DNA of 64,000 nucleotides from a bacterium (GTDB lineage Bacteria; Hinthialibacterota; Hinthialibacteria; Hinthialibacterales; Hinthialibacteraceae): NCBI GenBank assembly GCA_963662285.2, contig CAXXMV010000006.1, positions 736,001 to 800,000 of the forward strand, read 5' to 3'. Shown piece by piece: positions 59,056 to 64,000 of this stretch (position 1 is its first letter; each line of letters starts with the position of its first letter). The notes under the pieces were generated by a model. It saw only the letters and a program-made list of their open reading frames with translations, ran no database searches and was not told where the DNA came from. The position numbers and the translations under genes were made by a program.

Positions 59056-61857
59056 ATGCATAGACTTCTAATTTTTCTATTATGGGTGGGATTATTATCT
59101 TCTTCGGTCGGTAACCTGTGGGGAGAATCCGATAATATCTCTGAAGAAGTAAAAAAACTTAACCAAATAATCATTGCAGGACAAGTAGAACATGCGCAAT
59201 CCGCTATTGATTCACTTCCCGCCTCTTTAAACGAACCGGAAAAACAAGCGATTGTTCAAACGCTTAACCGCCAAAAAACCAGCGGCGATTGGATAGTGTT
59301 TTTGAAGGCGCTTGAACAAAAATTTCCCTCGGAACCTCATTTCACATTCATTCTGGCGCGCACCTATTGGCGCGCTGGAATGATAGAAGACGCCATCCAA
59401 AACTGCCAAAAGGCTTTGCAGATCAATGCAAAAGATCCTCTTCTACTTTATCAATGCGCCGCGCTGGCTCAGACGGCGGGGCATACCACTGAAGCGAAAC
59501 AATGGCTGGAAGAACTACTCTCTCTCAATCCCCGGGATTCGGATGGATTGTTTCTTCTGGCAAGAATTTACGCCAAAGAAGGCCAAGTGGATCAAGCGGA
59601 ACCACTACTGCTGCGTTCCATCAAAGCCAACCCAAAGCACTATCTGGCCTATTACGAATTAGGGCGTTTGAAAAATCAAACCAAAGATTACGCTGAAGCT
59701 GAAATTAATTTACAAAAATCAGTCCATTTCTACCCATTTTTCCGCGAGGCCTACAATGCATTGTTGGTCGCATTCGCCCGTCAAAAGAAGCAAAGCGATA
59801 TCAATAAACTAAAATCAATCATCGATCATCTCGCTTACTGGGATGCAAGCCAAGAGGAACGACTACGATTTTCTTTTTTCAATCCTTCTCAAATCAATCC
59901 AAAGCTAGGATACGAACTGGCCGTAGAACTTTGTTTTGTGAAACGATACGATCTGGCGCGTAAGTATCTGGAACGAGTAACCAGCCAAGGTCAAACCAAT
60001 GAACCATTTCTATTTCTTCTATCTCAATTGCGATTCCGGGATGGCGAGTATGCGGCATGTCTTACTTTATTAAAACAGTTGAAACATCCCCGCTCCACAG
60101 AGTCTCAGGCCTTCGCCGAACAAAAAGCATGGTCTCTGTTCAAGACGGGCGACATTGATGGCGCGCAATCATTCTTATCAACCGTTCTTCCAAAATTTCC
60201 AGAATCAAATCAACTGACATCTCTTGCTAAACAGCTAAAATTGCAAGAGAAAACATCAACCAAGAATACCAATCCGAATATTCAAAAAAACTTAACCACA
60301 ACTTTCCTATTTGTTGATGCAACCGAAAAGGCGGGTTTGAACACCTTTAAGCATGTCCAAGGCAATCCAGATAAACGTTGGATTATCGACGTGATGGGCT
60401 CAGGCGTCGCGGTGGCCGATTATGACAACGATGGCGACGACGATATCTATTTCTTAAATGCCCAACCCGATGTAAATAACCCGCAACCTTCATACCGGAA
60501 CGCCTTGTTTAGAAATGATGGAGGTCGGTTCGTCGACATTACCGACACCTCCGGCGTGGGCGATGAGGGATACGGGATGTGCGCTGTTTTTGGCGATGTA
60601 AATAACGACCGCTTACTCGATTTGTTTGTCGGCAACTACGGTTCCAATGCATTCTATCAAAACAACGGCGATGGAACCTTTACCAAAATGACAGACCACG
60701 CCGGATTAGGCGATCCCGGTTACGCGGCGGGCGCCTGCTTCGCTGATCTAAACAATGATGGCTGGTTAGACCTTTTTGTAGGCAATTACATTTACTTTGA
60801 TCCCAAAATCCACGGTGAAATGAGGGACCACTACCACGGAATAGATGTTTTCACCGGGCCGCTGGCGTTCCCCAGTCAGGAAGACCGGCTCTATATCAAC
60901 AATGGAGATGGAACATTCAAAGAAACAGGCAAACAAGCGGGTATCAATGTCTCTGAAGGGCGCACTATGGGATGTTCCGTTTTCGATTTCGATGACGATG
61001 GCTATATGGACTTATACGTCTCCAATGATTCAACTTACAATCATCTCTTAAGAAACCGGGGCGATGGCGAATTTGAAGACATCAGTTTTGTTTCAGGCGG
61101 CGCTTTCAACGAAAGCGGCGTGGCCGGAGGCAGCATGGGAGTCAGCCAGGGCGACTTCAATAACGACGGTAAAATTGATTTATTAGTTACAGCTTATGAA
61201 CAAATGTCCGACATCCTTTACCAGAATGACGGAGATGGCTTCTTCTCAGATATGACATCGCAATGGGGACTCTATACTCCCAGTCACTGGTTAATTACCT
61301 GGGGATCAGGTTTCTGCGATTTCGATTCAGACGGCTGGTTGGACCTTTACACCGCCAATGGACATATCTACCCCCAAATCAATGACCTTGGATTAAACCG
61401 CAGGTATCAACAAGGCATATCGATTTATCAAAATACCGGAGAAAAATTTATCGACGTAAGTTCGCAATCCTTCAATAATAACGCCCCCATTATTGGAGGA
61501 CGGGGTTCGGCGCTGCTGGATTACGATCTAGACGGCGATATGGATATTGTCATAAATTGCGTAGACTCAACGCCATTTTTATTAGAAAACCAGACGCCTC
61601 AGCGAAATTGGTTAAAAGTAACCTTGGATGTTCCCAGCGCAAAATGTTTTGGCGTTAAAATCACGGCTCAAAAAGGCGAAAAACTTTGGAGCCGCCTCAT
61701 CGACGGCGGTTCAAGTTACCTCTCTCAAAACAGCCAAACCATCCATTTCGGTTTTGGTAAAATCAACTCAATCGACCGACTAACCATCCATTGGATAGAT
61801 CAAGAGCCGCAGATTATTCCTAATCCTTCCTTGAACCAACATTTAAAAATCCACTGA
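59056..61857 (+). CDS. TPR + FG-GAP/ASPIC-UnbV (CRTAC1-like) protein
   Basis: TPR helices; repeated DYDNDGDDD / DLNNDGWLD / DFNNDG; C-terminal GGSSYLSQNS..IHFGFG. Confidence 0.9.
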   Translation: MHRLLIFLLWVGLLSSSVGNLWGESDNISEEVKKLNQIIIAGQVEHAQSAIDSLPASLNEPEKQAIVQTLNRQKTSGDWIVFLKALEQKFPSEPHFTFILARTYWRAGMIEDAIQNCQKALQINAKDPLLLYQCAALAQTAGHTTEAKQWLEELLSLNPRDSDGLFLLARIYAKEGQVDQAEPLLLRSIKANPKHYLAYYELGRLKNQTKDYAEAEINLQKSVHFYPFFREAYNALLVAFARQKKQSDINKLKSIIDHLAYWDASQEERLRFSFFNPSQINPKLGYELAVELCFVKRYDLARKYLERVTSQGQTNEPFLFLLSQLRFRDGEYAACLTLLKQLKHPRSTESQAFAEQKAWSLFKTGDIDGAQSFLSTVLPKFPESNQLTSLAKQLKLQEKTSTKNTNPNIQKNLTTTFLFVDATEKAGLNTFKHVQGNPDKRWIIDVMGSGVAVADYDNDGDDDIYFLNAQPDVNNPQPSYRNALFRNDGGRFVDITDTSGVGDEGYGMCAVFGDVNNDRLLDLFVGNYGSNAFYQNNGDGTFTKMTDHAGLGDPGYAAGACFADLNNDGWLDLFVGNYIYFDPKIHGEMRDHYHGIDVFTGPLAFPSQEDRLYINNGDGTFKETGKQAGINVSEGRTMGCSVFDFDDDGYMDLYVSNDSTYNHLLRNRGDGEFEDISFVSGGAFNESGVAGGSMGVSQGDFNNDGKIDLLVTAYEQMSDILYQNDGDGFFSDMTSQWGLYTPSHWLITWGSGFCDFDSDGWLDLYTANGHIYPQINDLGLNRRYQQGISIYQNTGEKFIDVSSQSFNNNAPIIGGRGSALLDYDLDGDMDIVINCVDSTPFLLENQTPQRNWLKVTLDVPSAKCFGVKITAQKGEKLWSRLIDGGSSYLSQNSQTIHFGFGKINSIDRLTIHWIDQEPQIIPNPSLNQHLKIH

Positions 61858-61957
61858 TTAGAAAACTTCCCAACTCATAATATCGGACAACCAAATCCCC
61901 TCTCCCGCTGGGCTACTCTACGTACACATTGTTGTGTGATAGTGGATAGTGGATAGT

Positions 61958-61982
61958 GGGGAGCATCGGCTTCTAGCCGGTG
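61958..61982. repeat. Copy of the 25-bp palindrome at 3296-3320, preceded by (GATAGTG)x3
   Basis: Direct identity. Confidence 0.8.
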
Positions 61983-62097
61983 CGTCAATACATTCCTAAC
62001 TGGATTGGTTCTATTGATGAATAACTTTTAATCCTAAAAACGGCAGTTAGATTATCATTCTAAAGTTAATTGAAAAATCTATAGTTATTGAAAAAAA

Positions 62098-62232
62098 CCC
62101 CCTCTTGAATTCTCCCCCAAACTTGGGGGAGAGGGATTATGAACATAAACTACTATATCGTTTAGACTTAGTCATTCAAAACACTTGGGTCATACATCCC
62201 TCTCCCAAGATTGGGAGAGGCTAGGTGAGGGT
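62098..62232. repeat. Two CCCTCTCCC-family palindromic repeats
   Basis: CTCCCCCAAACTTGGGGGAG and CCCTCTCCCAAGATTGGGAGAGGCTAGGTGAGGG. Confidence 0.7.
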
Positions 62233-62283
62233 TGATAGCAGACGCCTTTGCAAATGAATATACAGCCTTGTCTAAAAAACTAC

Positions 62284-62342
62284 TTGACATATTACCGCGT
62301 TAGTACTATCGTAATAGTAATTAATCTACTAACGCGATAGTA
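62284..62342 (+). promoter_or_regulatory. Promoter with BlaI/CopY-type palindromic boxes
   Basis: TTGACA at 62284; TA(C/T)TA-N6-TAGTA at 62290-62305, 62304-62319, 62327-62342. Confidence 0.6.
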
Positions 62343-62380
62343 GATAGAGATATTAGGTCATCTTTACCGGAGACAAGCCC

Positions 62381-62782
62381 ATGACAAATCAAGAAACTAA
62401 ACTGGTTCTGGCTGAACTTGAGACTTTGGTTATGAAACAAGTATGGAAAAAAGGCCGCGCCACAGTGCACGACGTACGCGACGCATTAAAGCAAACCCGC
62501 AAACTGGCTTACACCACCATACTGACTACCATGCGCAATCTGGAAAAAAAAGGTTTCCTATACCGGGAACTTGAAGGCCGCAGCCATGTATATCTGGCCA
62601 AAGTGCAGCAAAGCGCGGTGCAGAAGAATGCCCTGAGCAGTTTACTGCATAGCTTGTTCGGCGGCTCCAAGGAACTGCTGGTCAATGCACTATACGAAGA
62701 AGAGAACCTGAGCCGCGAGGAATTCGAGAAACTGCGCGAATCAATCATGAAGATTCGTCATCAGGAGGATAATAATGATTGA
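62381..62782 (+). CDS. BlaI/MecI/CopY family repressor
   Basis: LETLVMKQVW, LAYTTILTTMRNLEKKG, LFGGS. Confidence 0.93.
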   Translation: MTNQETKLVLAELETLVMKQVWKKGRATVHDVRDALKQTRKLAYTTILTTMRNLEKKGFLYRELEGRSHVYLAKVQQSAVQKNALSSLLHSLFGGSKELLVNALYEEENLSREEFEKLRESIMKIRHQEDNND

Positions 62783-64000
62783 GTATGCCCATCAAATTCT
62801 CTTCTTTATGGCAATTTCGTCACTGCAAATGCTGATCCTGGGCGCTATCGCCCTTGGGGCGATCCGCTGGCTTAAAATAAATGGATCAACCTCATTATGG
62901 GTGCTGCGCCTGGTATTGCTCTTACCTCTGCTATCACCTATTGGATGGTTGATTCCATCCACAGCTCTGGATAATCTCAAATTACCCGATCATGCATTAA
63001 CCTCAATACCTCTTACCCAAGCAATGGATTATCAGGAGGTTAATACATCACCTGTTAGTAGCGTGGCAACCCAATCTCCACCGGATTTAATTATTAAAAC
63101 GCCTAAGTCAACCGCATCCGCCAAGACGCAATCCCCCGACCTTATGGCTCAATTAGAGCAAAAATCCTTGCCCGGCAATCCTGTGCCAATCCAGCCACCG
63201 TTAGCGCAAATAAGTTTACCATCCCAACAGAATATAAACATCAATTGGCCGCTATGCTGCTTATCGATCTGGTTGATTGGCTTGGCTTTCCTCGCTGCCC
63301 GCTTGATCCATGGACGCATCATTCAATTACGTTTAGTTCGGAGCTCCGAACTCGTGTGTGATCAGCAGGTTTTAGGTTTATTGGAAGAGTGCGCCGCTTT
63401 GATTGGTCTGTCCGGCGTTCCATGTCTGGCCGTAACCAGGGAAATGGGCATCCCGCTGCTGGTTGGTTCGGTGCGTCCCCGGATTCTGATCCCTCCGCAT
63501 CTGCTCGAAGAGCAAAACCGCCAAGGGCTTTGTTTTACCCTCTTACATGAACTTGCTCATATTAAGCGCAGAGATCATTGGTGGATGCTATTGGAAAAAT
63601 CGGTAGCCGCGGTCTATTTCTTTCACCCCATGATCCATTTGGTTCAAAGAAAGATCGAAGAGCAACGCGAATCACTCTGCGACCGTGAGGTGGTTCTCAA
63701 AAGCAGGCAAAAAGCATCCTACGCCGATTTCCTGTTATGCGAAGTGTGGAATGCGGGAAGAAAGAATGATCTGGCTTACGCCATCCCCATGCTAGGCAAG
63801 CGCTCCGTCGTCTCGCACCGGGTGCATAATATCCTGAACCAGGGCAAGTCAACCATGCTAACCAAACTACGCAACGCATTGGCATTAATCATGATCACAG
63901 CGCTAATGCTTCCAGTGCTGGCGCTGAACTCATCATCCAGTGATAAGCAAGCATCTTCCAACAAAAATATTGAACAGATGAAATTGCCAGACCGAACCTT
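62775..64000 (+). CDS. BlaR1-like M56 metallopeptidase (partial, runs off right edge; absent from ORF track)
   Basis: ATG 62775 after AGGAGG; in-frame HELAHIKRRD at 63546, FFHP, RESLCD. Confidence 0.9.
   Translation, partial: MIEYAHQILFFMAISSLQMLILGAIALGAIRWLKINGSTSLWVLRLVLLLPLLSPIGWLIPSTALDNLKLPDHALTSIPLTQAMDYQEVNTSPVSSVATQSPPDLIIKTPKSTASAKTQSPDLMAQLEQKSLPGNPVPIQPPLAQISLPSQQNININWPLCCLSIWLIGLAFLAARLIHGRIIQLRLVRSSELVCDQQVLGLLEECAALIGLSGVPCLAVTREMGIPLLVGSVRPRILIPPHLLEEQNRQGLCFTLLHELAHIKRRDHWWMLLEKSVAAVYFFHPMIHLVQRKIEEQRESLCDREVVLKSRQKASYADFLLCEVWNAGRKNDLAYAIPMLGKRSVVSHRVHNILNQGKSTMLTKLRNALALIMITALMLPVLALNSSSSDKQASSNKNIEQMKLPDRT

Noticed and set aside
1-64000. tRNA, rRNA, integrase, transposase, prophage or reverse transcriptase
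   Set aside because: None recognised by eye; small RNAs could be missed without a covariance search.

Overview
Bacterial genomic window with no rRNA, tRNA, CRISPR array or transposase detected. The gene style (Tat-exported sulfatase and sugar enzymes, FG-GAP/ASPIC and FGE-fold proteins, Flp pilins with G|PTAVEY, dense intergenic palindromes) suggests a Gram-negative PVC-like or candidate-phylum organism; this is inference only. From left to right it holds an ECF sigma/anti-sigma/ABC operon, an ABC-type ATPase + DUF4276 pair (frameshifted), an Ogl-like beta-propeller and an S9 peptidase. Next is a minus-strand accessory locus (12.6-20.6 kb), followed by housekeeping, regulatory and carbohydrate genes, a Tad/Flp pilus cluster bracketed by two toxin-antitoxin modules, an FGE-fold protein, aas plus a lipase, a CBM9-like protein, a TPR-FG-GAP protein and blaI/blaR1-like genes. 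The best candidate for an undescribed system is 14357-20597. It carries five tandem divergent RebB-like (R-body) genes, two genes built from five MbtH-like repeats, a signal-less streptopain (C10)-like protease and an Ala-rich/BACON/hydrophobic-hairpin ORF pair overlapping in -1 frame, with strong hairpins after reb copies 3 and 5. Other notable items are a caspase-fold gene inside the Tad operon, a poly-A15 frameshift in a pentapeptide gene, a Doc toxin broken by a 10-bp duplication, and a covarying palindromic repeat. All family calls come from motif recognition by eye; no database searches were run.
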